Shown here: one piece after another, positions 18,869 through 47,986 of the stretch
How positions within the stretch are numbered: position 1 is the stretch's first letter
How the letters are laid out: the number at the start of each line of letters is the position of its first letter
Assembly (NCBI GenBank): GCA_001949185.1
Contig: BDGG01000002.1
Coordinates: 4,516,448-4,580,447 of the forward strand
DNA from: Ramazzottius varieornatus
Lineage: Eukaryota > Animalia > Tardigrada
Length of the DNA: 64,000 nucleotides
Direction: 5' to 3'
Position numbers and translations under genes: made by a program
Notes under the pieces: generated by a model
Database searches by the model: none
What the model was told of the DNA's origin: nothing
Seen by the model: only the letters and a program-made list of their open reading frames with translations

Positions 18869-21800
18869 TTAGTTTTTCATAACTTCATCAATCCACGCTT
18901 GATACTGGCCAAGATTAACAAACAAAGCCGGCATACCGCCTTGACCACATTGGATACCGGAGACAATAATACCAGCTAGCTGGGACGTGCCTCCCACAGA
19001 GCAGATCAGCGGTCCGCCACCATCCCCGTTACATATGGTTTGTCGTCCAGTGGCGCTACCACACATGAAGGACGTGGTTTGGAACTTAAAGCCGGGCCCT
19101 AGAGGCGAATTTCTTAGACGATAAGCGCATTCTTGATTGGGCCATATTCGCGTCGTTATTCGCTTCAGCCGTGATGAAAATGGGAAATCTGCAGCAAACA
19201 AACAATCAAGTATCTCTCTATGAGGAATATTCGAGGCTCTGTACGACGCACTTTGTCCAAGTTTGCCCCATCCGGAGGCCTGGCAGTTCATCCCATAGTA
19301 GTCGATCTGTCCAGGTCGACATACGAGGCAAATGTTACTCAGACTGATATCAGCCGGACGGTTCAATTTCAGCATAGCGACGTCGTTCTCGAGGGTCTTT
19401 GGATTGAAGCTGGAATGTATGTACAGGTTGAAGACCGAGTAGTCGCGAGGTCCCGGTATTTCCGTCGTCACGTTGAAGTCCCATTCTCCCAGCCGTACTG
19501 TGATGTCCATAGGACTTCGCCTGTTTGATGAAGAATAGTTAGGGTTTGCGATCCGCGCTCAGTTCAGTAATCGCATGGACTTACTTCGAGACACAATGGG
19601 CGGCAGTCAGGAGCCATATTGTATCGATCAAGACTGCTGAACAGAAATAGTTTCCGGAAGATCGGTCAAGCAGTGCCGCCTAACAGCAATAAATTTCTCG
19701 GTTTTCAGTCTGGATTGGATCCGAGCATAGCGAGAAACGTGGATAACAAACCTGCCAGCAGTTTTCTCCAACGTCAACGAAATCCGGGTCCGACACACCA
19801 GCTTCCGGAATGGGCATACCGTTAATGGCCGCCGAATATGCGCCACCATAAGCCGGAGCAGCTGAGCCCCTTCCCTTGACACCACATTGTCCATTGACCG
19901 AGTTCCTTGTGTAACAGCAACTCAGTTCTGGTGACGAGCAACCGTACAGCGACACTTCCATATTGTACATGGAGCAGTTCCTGGCCGCGCTGTTTGGCAC
20001 ACAGATACCTGGATGGTCTTGTATCACGCACTTGTTGGCCTGATCCAGTGTGAACGAAGACTCCCTGTCCAGCTCGTTCGTCGGAGTAAAACAGCATAGT
20101 TGGTCCATTCCACATCCTCCAACCCGAGTGCGGTAGCCCATCTTCACGCAGGACTGCACCATATTTCGGCTTATACAGGAAGCTGCTTCACCCCGACCTC
20201 CACACATCCCACCGGCTGGTTGAGATTGGATATTGCTGGATGACGCCTGGAAACCTCCACCACCAAGTCCACCTTGTAAGTTCCCTTGGTCAAGATGGCT
20301 GTTGCCGTTCATGTTGTTCTGGTTATTACTAATGAACAATGGCAAGACCGTCTTGATCAGTGAACCAATATCGAAACCCGACGTCATGGAATTCGATGGA
20401 GCAGCGGGTGCTGATTGTCCCGCCAGGGTTCCGATAACTGGAAGTGCAGTCTGAACGGCAGTTTGCACAGGATTCACAGCTTGAGCAGGAGACGGTTGCT
20501 GAATGTTCTGGGCGGAAATGGTGTTTGGTGACAGCAGGGAAGGCAGTTGCTGCATGTTGTTGGTGGCTAACGGAGGAGCGCGACCTTGAGCACTAGGCTG
20601 CTTTGCTTCGAAAGAGATGGCTAGCGGCTCTTCTTTGAGGGAAGAGACGTCAAGGTTAGCTGCAGCGGATGGGTCGGATGAATAGCAGCAGGACTCGGAA
20701 GACTCACATCCGCTAGGAGAGATCTGCATGCCGAGACCTGGACAGAGAGCGGTGAGGGAGGTGGCGACGCAGATACCGTCGAACCCACTGACGGTACACG
20801 CCCTTCGAGCTCGAGCCTCACCAGCCCGGTCTGACGCTGGCGCAGACAGCTCATCGAGCTCGGAACCTTCCATCATCATGTCATCGCCTAAACTTTCTCT
20901 TTTGGGTTTCTTTACGGCTTGCGTGATGGTGTTGACTAGATCGTCGGGAATTCTTGCATTTGGGCTACCTGCGGAGAAAAAGCAAAGTAACAATCGGACA
21001 TTATTAGGGAAGGCTTCACTTACGTGCGCAGCAAATCTGAGGCGAAGGGCAGTTTCCGGGTTCAATCTTCAGATTCATATTTTGACATACACCCTGCATG
21101 GAGGGTGGCATGCAGAATCCCCGCGACCCGTTACTAACATTGCAAGAAGATAGATTGGACGCGGCAGCTTGCAGGCTTCCTAACATTGCCGGTGAGATCT
21201 GCGAAGTAAGGGACGGTGGAAGCGTGTTGGAAGGAGTCGCCGTAACCTGAGGTCGTTGCTCGATGACGGGGGCTGGAGTGGTTATGGCAGCCGTCAGCAA
21301 CCCATCGATCAGACTGGTCGCAATGTTGGTGGGACTTTGTGCTTTAGGAGCGGTAAGGGTACTCAGGATCATACTTAGGACATTCGGAGGAATGTTGCCG
21401 GTAGTCTGCTGCATTTGAGACTGCATCACATTGCTCAAAGTGTTTTGAATGGGGTTGTTGGATTGAACGAAGGAACCGCCACCGACTCGGCTAAACTGAG
21501 CCAAGTTCTGAGCTGGGGTATTGTCCGCCATGGCTGTGGAAGGCTGAGAGGGTATAAAACCAGTAGGAAGTGCGTTCTGGTTACCCAGAAAATTTTGAAT
21601 GTTCTGCTGTTGGTTTTGGCTGTTCAGTTGACCAAGACTGTTGGGTTGTTGGTTCTGGGCGCCGAAAACGTTGGGTTGCGTCATCGATGACGACGCCATC
21701 TGGGGGGACTGGTTCGCCATCAGCCCATTCTGCATGCCGTCCAGCGAAGGCGGCTGTTGCAGACCACTCATGGCTTCTGGTGCTCTTCGATAACAGCAGA

Positions 21801-23641
21801 CATCACGAGTCATGGTCTGGAAGTTTATGCATCCGCCGTCTCGGATTTCATATCCGTACAGCTGGCAGACACCTTGGAGGGAGACTGGCATGCACGAACC
21901 TTTGTACCCGTCGACGAAGCATGGCTTGGTCTCTGGCAAATGAAGCATCCCTCGTTGTTCGCAAGAAAACTAGTGATGCATTGATTCAATGAGTTGCTTA
22001 CCTTTACTGACAAACTCGGCTGAAGCCTGGTCTTGTCGGAAAGCATTAGAGTCGGGCTGAGCATTGCCGCCAAGAATAGAGTCGATTCTGTTGGATCCCA
22101 TCATGGCTGAAGGATCACTCCCCAGGTACGATTTCAGCATGTTTTCGGTCGAAGAAGAGGATTGTCCATTGAAGGACCGTACAGAACCGAAGGACTGCGA
22201 TGGCGAGCTACCGGAACCTAAAGGAAAAACATACCGCATGGTCCTCTTCATACAAAGAATGGAAGCAAAAGCAATGTTGGCATACCTAACAGCTGTGCCA
22301 GCTGCGCGTTACGGTCTGGGGCTGATGAAAATCCGCTTGACGAACCTTGGTCAGAGTATCCCGAATTCATGTTGGAAAGGGCGCTTCCAAGACCTTGAGA
22401 GTTCCTTAGTCCACCGCCCAACTGCTGTAGCGATCCCATAGACTGACTGCCTCTCACACTTTGCAGAAGATTTGCCAGTGAATTCGAATCCATTTGTGAG
22501 TTACCACCCCCTAAAACAGAAACTCGGCATTAGAGCTGTCAAGATTTTATTTCTGGCAATATCTGATTGGAATTTTTGACTGATATCTTCAGCACGCAGA
22601 AAAAACTAGTAATCTCCAGTACACAAAGAACTAAAGATAGCGTGAAACCAGTATTTCGATTTTCGGGACTGCTCGAAACAGAATGTAATTTCGCTCGACA
22701 CCGCTAGCCAGGTAGGACAATCTGTGCCAGTTTTGAGATCAATCCAGTAAAAACTTCGCCCGGCTGGCCATCATCACTCCGAGCCTCACCTCCAAACTGC
22801 CCGCCAAACTGTTGTCCTCCGTTTCCCAGGGATGCCGCCAAGCTGCTAAGTTGAGAGCCGCCTCCGCCGCTCAGGAGACCGTTCAGACCATTGCCGGAAC
22901 CGCCGCCACCGGCGCTGTTCAATAAACTACCGAGACTTCCGCCTCCCCCGCTGTTCTGCAGCAGTGACTGTAGATTGTTATTTCCACCACTGTTTTGCAA
23001 CAGGGAACTCAAGCCGGTCCCTCCACCGTTTTGTAGCAACGAGCTCAAGCCATTCCCTCCACTACTACTCTGAAGTAAGGAGCTCAGGCTATTTAATCCG
23101 CCCCCGCCGCCACTCTGGAGCAGTGAAGTGAGTCCGCCCCCTCCACCACCGGAAGAGCTGGATAGTAGTCCCGAAAGCTGGCTAACGAGAGCGGCGTTGT
23201 TGCCTCCGCCGCCACCCAGGGAGCTGAGTCCTCCTCCACCGCCACCGAGAAGTCCTGATAGGGCGCTCCCGCCTCCACTACCGCCCCCTCCATTGCTCGC
23301 GGATAACAAGGGACCAACCATCGATAGCAGAGAGCCTATGTTCAAGCCACTTCCGCCTCCATTTGTGCTACCTGTGAATAAGGTCTATCGTCGTCATTTA
23401 GATTTATTTTAAATTGATAGAAAATCTGCATGATTTGTCCATGATATCCGATCGATGGAAAAACACCTATAGTGTCGTATTTACCTGCTGATCCAGTGAG
23501 GGCTCCCAGACCGCCGCCACTTCCGCTCAGCATGCCCAACAAGGGCATCAGACTCTGCAAATTGATTTGCCCATTCACGAGTAGCCATGGCACACAAATG
23601 ATTAGACAAAAGAATTTAAGCTGGATATTGAATAGCTGCAT
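18869..23641 (-). CDS. Masquerade-like clip-domain serine protease homolog (five clip/disulfide-knot motifs, inactive trypsin domain) with Gly/Ser/Leu-rich N-terminus, ~1329 aa
   Basis: Nine exons (23641-23485, 23371-22790, 22510-22286, 22217-22002, 21932-21024, 20968-19752, 19679-19585, 19520-19252, 19188-18869) total 3990 nt in frame. Signal peptide and five C..C..C..C..CC motifs. LLTAAHC and ENDVAML are intact, but the catalytic Ser is Gly (CNGDGGGPL). VRLGEWD and RLRNSPLG are typical of clip-SPHs. Confidence 0.85.
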
Positions 23642-24124
23642 TGTGCCTTAATCGATCAACATTGACAGAAAGCAGCTTATCGAACACAAGACAATTCACA
23701 CCTTGATAGTTGAAGGCGAAGGCGAGACGCCTTATTATTTGCATTGTTTCGCCGCACGAAGATTGACTTTGGTCCGCTATCTGCGGAGGCCGACGTTGCA
23801 TCGTTGCGCGTTCGTGAAGCCGCTTCGTGCTGACCATTGCAAGGTTGTAGGCCATGACCGCGATCCGGCCGTTAGCTGTTGCGTACATCTAAAAGAAAAA
23901 ACTGAACAAGTAGATTATGTTATATCAAATCAACACGGCAGACCGATAGAAAGAAAACCTACTTCCGCAAATTTCCGCTTGATTTCTGCCCACCGCCACA
24001 TCTGCCGAGATACTGCGGCGAATCGGCCGGTGCAAAAAAGCATCAGCCCACTTTCTTACCTACCCACGTCGAAAAACCATCCGACAAATATGTCCGAAGA
24101 CACCATCGTTAACCTCACTTCGTG

Positions 24125-24501
24125 CCATTGCGATCAGGAACGTGAGGACATGGCAAATCAATCAATCAAAACGAAGGCGGGAGTTCGGGGCGGAATCGCA
24201 ATCAAGAGATTTGATGACTTTATTGGAAAGCACTCCCTGAAATCTAAATCACCCCATCACTCATACTGTAGCCTCGACTCATCCCAAACTCTATTACAGA
24301 ACACAATGACAGATGAAGCTACAGATATCACAGAAGACATCACAAAAAGACTCCCGGTATCACAAAGGAACACCTGTTACGCCTGAAACAACTGACTGAG
24401 CTGGAAACGTTGATCAAGGCTCTTGATTGCCGTGACGTCTAGTCATACGGTCAGTTTTGATTGATTGATTTGCCATGTCCTCACGTTCCTGATCGCAATG
24501 G
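24125..24501. mobile_element. 377-bp element with perfect 48-bp inverted repeats
   Basis: CCATTGCGATCAGGAACGTGAGGACATGGCAAATCAATCAATCAAAAC at 24125-24172 and its exact reverse complement at 24454-24501. There is a further internal GCAATCAAGAG/CTCTTGATTGC pair. Confidence 0.7.
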
Positions 24502-24826
24502 TAAGTTCGCATGGCAGCTCGGCACACAAAATGCATCACAATGTTGCACACACCACCAGGCACGATTATCATGGCGGCTAAGTATGCAGGTGGGTGCAAA
24601 GCATGGACATACATTGTGCCGACCTCCCTTACGAAAAAGAGCGGCATGTGGAATTTGTTAGCTGGCCTTTGGCAATGAATATATATGTACAAAGCTGTAA
24701 CAATAACGGTATAAGCTGAAGCACCAGCATATTATCAACATCAATCTTTCCATCAAACTTGCGACGACGCGGGAAAACTAGAACAGATGAAAACATTAAC
24801 CAAAGGGTAAAAGCTTTGAAGAGAAG

Positions 24827-41768
<16,942 letters not shown>

Positions 41769-42632
41769 GACGCCGGGTGCTTTGGGTGTGGACTCTGTCC
41801 CAGCTGGTTCAGCCGGGAAGACCCAACTTAGATCCAGTACAAGTTTTTGTTGCAGAGAGTTCCAGTAAGGTAGAATCGAGATCCCATGCAGGCGAAAAAT
41901 ATCCTGAGACCATGAAGCGGAAAAGTATCACTCTCTTAGGCTTCCAACTGTTTGAATAAAGTTTGAGTACGGTTACCAAGTATGAATAGCATTTTGTCAA
42001 TTGCCCTGAATAGCTCGTCTGTTGGTTGAAGAGAGTTTATTCTTCAGTTTACCCCTGGTTGGCCTTTCTCCACTCTTATCATTTTCGGCAATTATGCTTC
42101 CACGTGAGCGGCAAAGGCTCTTGCAACCCGAGACGTACGCCGCGCTAGCGCGCAATCCTTGAGACACCGCGGACTTACGGGAGGCGATTTCTTGACGAAT
42201 AGTCATCGCTTGTTTGCTGGGAAAGCATATCGCAATCAACGATGTACTCTGCGGATTACATGGCGGACTATACCATACTTCCTCAAATGATTGGACCTAA
42301 TCGAGTAGCCAACGAGCATCAAGAACATCTCTAATCCATTTGCAGTAGTGACACACCTAGAGCTACCTCAAGTACGCACTGCCACATCCATCACCCTACA
42401 TCATAACTCTACCACTCCGCAATATTTCGTCATGATGCAATAGTTTTGATAACTGTCACGCGGATCCAGAAAACATATCTCTGTTCGGTGGCTTACTCAA
42501 CATCCCAATATCAGAGCTATGGCAATCGCAGGCATTAAAAAGAATAAAGTACAAAATTTCAAAAAGCTATTAATCTTAAACTGGTCAGCAGTTCCCACGT
42601 AGACTACTCTTTGCATGTTTATTTCTTTTCCT

Positions 42633-43883
42633 CTACACAGGCACATGGATCTTCTGGGCAGCCTTTCGTACTGCCATACTTGTAAGAGTTTTCACAATAT
42701 ATTGGACAGTACACGGCTTCGGTCCTGCAGTTGGTATTCAGTGGTCCCCGAAGAACAACTGCAATATCGATGTCTGTTCACCAGCTCTAACTTCCCCTTT
42801 TTGAAACAGGTTTCCTACCTCCAACTCCAGTGGTAACACTCGGCCCTCGGGAGTTGAAAACGATGGTCTGGTTACTTGTGCCCAGTTCTTCCCCCCTCAA
42901 TGCAGCTTCGATGTCCTCTGGTACGACGTACACAGTCGAAGCGTTGGATGCTGCTATGGGTCGCTGGGTTGCGGCAAAGTTCAGCGGCTGTCTCTCTTTG
43001 AGTTCACCCATCGGTTTCATCAAGACCACGGTATCCACTGCGAGGAGACCGTTTGTCGACCTACAAAGCCAAAATTATTGCATCGCGTCAGGGATACCTT
43101 CTAATCTACGGCACTGATACTTGCATGTTTTGGTCCACACCCTTCTCGTCGATAGAACGGAACCGTAGAACCCGAACTGCATTTGTATCGTTCAACAATG
43201 GTCCGAGATCTTTCCGTAGCGCTTGCAAGATCTGTGAATTGGAACCTCAGAAAAGCCGCGCAATCGGTACATCTAGCCTTCGCAATCGGCCTCCGAAAAA
43301 CGACGTGCAGATTTACCGAAAAAAATTTAGGTAGTACTGTATATCAAAGTCATACATCAGCCTCATATTGCCTTTTGGTCTCATTTGTCGCTTCTAGATC
43401 CTCCGACAGTTCTGGTCGATACGTTGCGTTGTCAGCTCGGAAAGCAACGTAGAACTCCTTAGCATGGCACGACCATTCGTCATCGCCTATTGTGCCTGTA
43501 AGACGAAGATTCGCGGGTTACCATACACGCCATATGCAACTGACTACGGGCGGTCTATATAGACGGTGACTTACATTGAGCAGTGCCATCGCAAAGTTCC
43601 TTCGCCGGAATACACTTTCCATCACGGCAAGCCACATCTCCATCTTTGCATTTTGTGCCAAAGTAAACTCCAAGCAGGATGGCGGCCAGCAGCGCAACAG
43701 CTATGCCGAAGCCAAGGCCGATGAATCCAGCCTCGCGACCGTTCACCACACGGTTCGAAAACTTCCGGTAGTCTTTTCCCTGGAATCAGTCAGACCAAAA
43801 TCGTACATAATTTCTATTATTGTGACAGGAATTCCGACCACGACTGCTGCTTTCATGAAACATGATCATACCTCTTGGGTCAT
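42633..43883 (-). CDS. Small type II membrane protein: TM + LDLa + SEA-like domain, no protease domain
   Basis: Spliced sequence MTQE|GKDYRKFSNRVVNGREAGFIGLGFGIAVALLAAILLGVYFGTKCKDGDVACRDGKCIPAKELCDGTAQC|..GDDEWSCHAKEFYVAFRADNATYRPEL..VRVLRFRS..VDTVVLM.. ends in IHVPV*. Confidence 0.7.
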
Positions 43884-45230
43884 TTTCGTGTGGCTTGAAA
43901 TGAGCCAAAGAATTATCCGTCCACTTTGTGATACGTGGTGTCAATCAGCGCAACTTTCGTGAATCAAAGTCTTAAAAGAATTCTTCGATGTCGAAGAGAA
44001 ACAACAGGTTGAGGTTTATTTGGTGTAAGAACAATGACACTCCGTAATAGTTTCAGCTGGCCCGATATTTTTGGGCAGTCTAGCCCGGTATACGATATTT
44101 TACATAATTGTGCGCGTCTTATCAGTAGGTACGCCGCCGATAGTAACTTGAATCATACAGTTCCCCGCGATACGGCAACATCATATTCCCTATCGCCACG
44201 GTCTTATTGAATGTCCCCCTTCACGTACTATGGCTCCATATTCCAGCGAGTATTGCCGACTATAACACGAGGTGCTCGTACACAAATCAAACCAGGTAAC
44301 CACCATATTACGATCCATGTGTAAACAAGGAAGTCCGAAGTCCGCCCCGCCGTACTAACGGAAAATTCACTGGTGCCCTTGATCTTAATAATTTTGAAGA
44401 ACCACGGCTCCGCCAGCACAATCCAGCAAATTCTTCTCTCTAAGTCGCATGCCAAACGCAGAGGAAGTTCAAAGGCAAAGACCTGATAGTGACTTGTTAT
44501 TTGCGAAGTGGCGCCCTCGGTAGTATCTCTTTTACATACAAATCATCCGGCTTTGGCCGTTTGGCTTCCACGCGATCGCGGCCAACATTGCAAAAATACA
44601 GCGCCAAAAAAAGTCATGCTTTCTGAACAGCAAAACTCGGTGAAATGATACGAGGTGATTTTCAGCCTTCTCTGACTGTAATCGGGAAAACCAGCAGCAA
44701 CGTCAACACTTTTCATCGATATCACACGCAGCACGCCACATCTGTACTTTGTGAAGTACTGTAGTTTTTAACACATCCATAGTGTTCCTCTGTCAGCCTA
44801 ATCATCTCACTCGCGGCGAAACAATTCAACTTGAAGTACGGCACAGTCCATCTGCATATACATATCCATCCTTTTAACACCAGGGTCCCCGAGTCCCTTA
44901 CACGCACTCACACCGTATGCCCTCACGGATGCACAAAAGATCTATCCCGTAAAGCCGCAATTTGTCCCACATAAAAGCTCTGTCTAGCCTTTCTTCACGC
45001 TTACATGTACCTCATTCGCAAAAGTTTCGGCGTACGCCATCCGCATTTCCGGAACCCACCCAATTCATTTGTAGATCATTGTGTTAAGAGACCGCTATTC
45101 GATAATGATCGAGCTCCCAACATCCGGAAGCAAGCGAAACTCCCACAATAATATTGCTAAAGAAGACTAGCAGGATGTAAATATCGCATTTTCATGGGAA
45201 AAGTCTTTCCGTTGCAGCTCAACAGCCGAG

Positions 45231-47714
45231 ATGACGGTTAATTCAACCACCGAATATCCTCTGGATCTTCCTCGCACGGTGTCTGTCTCCATCTTGTTGG
45301 CCCTGATAGACATGATCACCATATTCGGCAACGTTTTAGTTATCATTGCCGTCCTGATTACGCCGACTTTAAAATCCGCAACAACTTCGTACTACATCAT
45401 TTCGTTGGCTATCTCGGATTTGATGGTGGGAATTTTAATTCTGCCGTTTAGTTCTGTTTATGAAATTCTCGACTATTGGGTCTTCAGTTCAGTATTTTGC
45501 GTCATATGGCTATCGACGGACGTGATGACTTGCACAGCCAGTATCTTAAACCTCCTTTGCATATCTATAGATCGTTACTTGGCTATCTCGAGACCTCTCT
45601 ATTATCACAAGTACAGCTCCCCCAAATTTGTCTATCTAATGATCGGTGCTGCTTGGTTCGTGGCCTTTCTCATTTCCGTGGCACCCATCTTCGGGTTCGA
45701 ACGATCGAGCGAGGACGAACACCAGTGCAAAGTATCGGCCAGTACTTTATTCTGGGCACTTTACAGGTGAGATATCGAATCCTTGATCGCCAGTACCTTT
45801 TCACTCAATAGCCAGTTCGCAAAATTATCATAATCGTATTAACTTTCTCAGCTCGGTCGGGTCCTTCTTCCTGCCGCTGACGATTATGCTAATCCTGTAC
45901 TGGAGGATCTACTTGGTGGCCTCGAAACACAGCAAATCAATGCGGGAAGAACGGGAGCGCTTTGCTTCACTGGCGCAGCAATTGCGCGGATTTGATGAGA
46001 CAAGAGGCAGAAACCTTTCCCTGGAAAGCAACGAACCAAACGAAATTAGATCGGACCACCGTGTGTCAAGAGTCACAATTCAGTCAAGCGAAACTCCGCT
46101 AGCAGAACATCATGGATTACCCAAAGATTCAATTCCAAATGCGAAAAAGATTGGATTTTCAAAAAAGCTACGGCGGATGTCCAAGGACAAAAAGGCCGCC
46201 AAAACGCTGTTCATTGTCATGGCATGCTTCGTTGGCTGCTGGTTTCCGTTTTTCACGGTTTACTTCATCGATGGCGTCTGCAAGGAGATATGCAATATAC
46301 CGTCCTGGGTCTTCAAGAGCTTCTTCTGGCTGGGCTACTGTAACTCTATGCTGGTGAGTGAAGGAGTGAATGATGTCGTAACAGTCTAATTCCGGCTTAA
46401 GGCGACAAAAAACCAGTCACAATCCGCCCGAACGAATGCAGTTACCGATTAGCTTTTAAATTATCAGACGGTTTTTCATCACAGCACTGTCAATTGTTTC
46501 CCGCTCCACAAAATCAAGAGACGACCAAGCCCAGTTCAATCAAATTCTGTCTCCTCCTGTATTTTTCCACTGGACACAAGATTCTTCCTGCAGTCGGGAC
46601 CTAAGCGAACAGACTCGATAAGGCACTTTTCCAAGTGGCGCACGTTTCCAGCCAATAACACTCTAGACGCGCGCCACTTGGAAAAACGATTTTGTCGACT
46701 GTGTTTGCCGAGCTTTCGTTTGTAACGAAAGAGGAAAAAGCTAAAAAATTATTGGCTGTTTTTCCAGAACCCTGCCATCTACGCAGCAAGCTCTCAAGAC
46801 TTCCGCATGGCTTTTAGGAGAATCGTTCGTTGTTCTTTCGAGCGACCATACAACAGGGACCCATTTGGCCAAGGAGACGCCGAACGCAGTCACTTTCAAT
46901 CTACCCGCCAAACGGGGAACGGGGAACCCGGTAGTACAGCTGCACCCCAAAGACAAAGTGTTGCCTCTCACATAATTAGCAAGGGGAGAAACAACGCCCA
47001 TGAGTTGGATTCCCCCGCTGTAAATCGACTGTCGCCTGTCGGCCAGATTAACGTTCGTTTTGAGCAACGAGAAAACGGATTAGGTCCAATCATCGACTTC
47101 AAATGGCAAGTGGGAGATGAGGAACCTTATTCATCTCCTCAAAAAGTTCCTGACCTACTATTAGAGGACGGTAAGGGTTAAAAGCGTGTTTCAGAATAGT
47201 TGAAGTTGCCTCTACCCTACCGCCTTCCGTAATCATCTCCACATCAATCAGTCCTTAAACTTTTTTCTCTCATCACTAATATGCACACATTACGGCCCAA
47301 CTTTTTGACTCTTTAATCATAATCACGAAACAGCCTCATATTGGTTCTACGTTTTCAGCGCCTGAAGTACCCAACAACGCCTCCCCAAGTTCGACGAAAA
47401 ATCATGGTCACAAACTTCTGACCAGCAAAGCGTCTCTACCGGCCTATCCAACGAGTGCAGCTCTCCGCTCTCGACGTTTGAGCTCTGTGGGAGAATATCA
47501 GTCTCAAGAGCTGGACCAAGAAGCCCAAAGGACCAAGGGAGGAGGGATGAAAAGCACAAGATCGTTTTTGTCGGATCTCAAAGAGGAAACCAGTGAATTT
47601 AGAGGTTCAAGCATAATTCAAGTTTCGGACGCGGGAGTGTCAACGTATGACCCTGAACGGGTTGAAATAGGAGTTCAGACTAGCGTTTCATTCGTAAACT
47701 TGGGATCAATATAG
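45231..47714 (+). CDS. Biogenic amine GPCR, alpha-adrenergic-like octopamine receptor (OAMB-like)
   Basis: GNVLVIIAV, SLAISDL, WLSTDVMTCTASILNLLCISIDRY (TM3 Asp), spliced TM5 YSSVGSFFLP, KKAAKTL..CWFPFF, FFWLGYCNSML|NPAIYA..DFRMAFRRI. The last exon is 47359-47714. Confidence 0.88.
46631..46681. repeat. Family A core hairpin in a GPCR intron
   Basis: CCAAGTGGCGCAC-N~25-GCGCGCCACTTGG. Confidence 0.6.
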
Positions 47715-47986
47715 CTATAAGCAAAGTATTGCTTTTCCACCACAGTACATTCGACATTAGGCTTTGTTCAACCGAAACTACCGTCAAACAATTTCTGATG
47801 CAAAGAGCAGTGAATCACAAAAAGTCATTGAAAGCGGAAAAACAAAAGCCCATTAAGTTTTTCACCAAGTCGGTCACATCCAAAGCGTTTTACAAAATAG
47901 GTAGTAAAAGATCAGATCAACGTTAGAAGGACTGCAATACCAAATACTGCATAATAATCAGGACAGAAGGCGGATCGCCCTTACAT

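Noticed and set aside
23703-24386. 227-aa + strand ORF sharing HCDQEREDMANQSIKT with a minus-strand ORF
   Set aside because: The shared peptide is an artefact of the 48-bp inverted repeat. There is no domain or other sign of coding.
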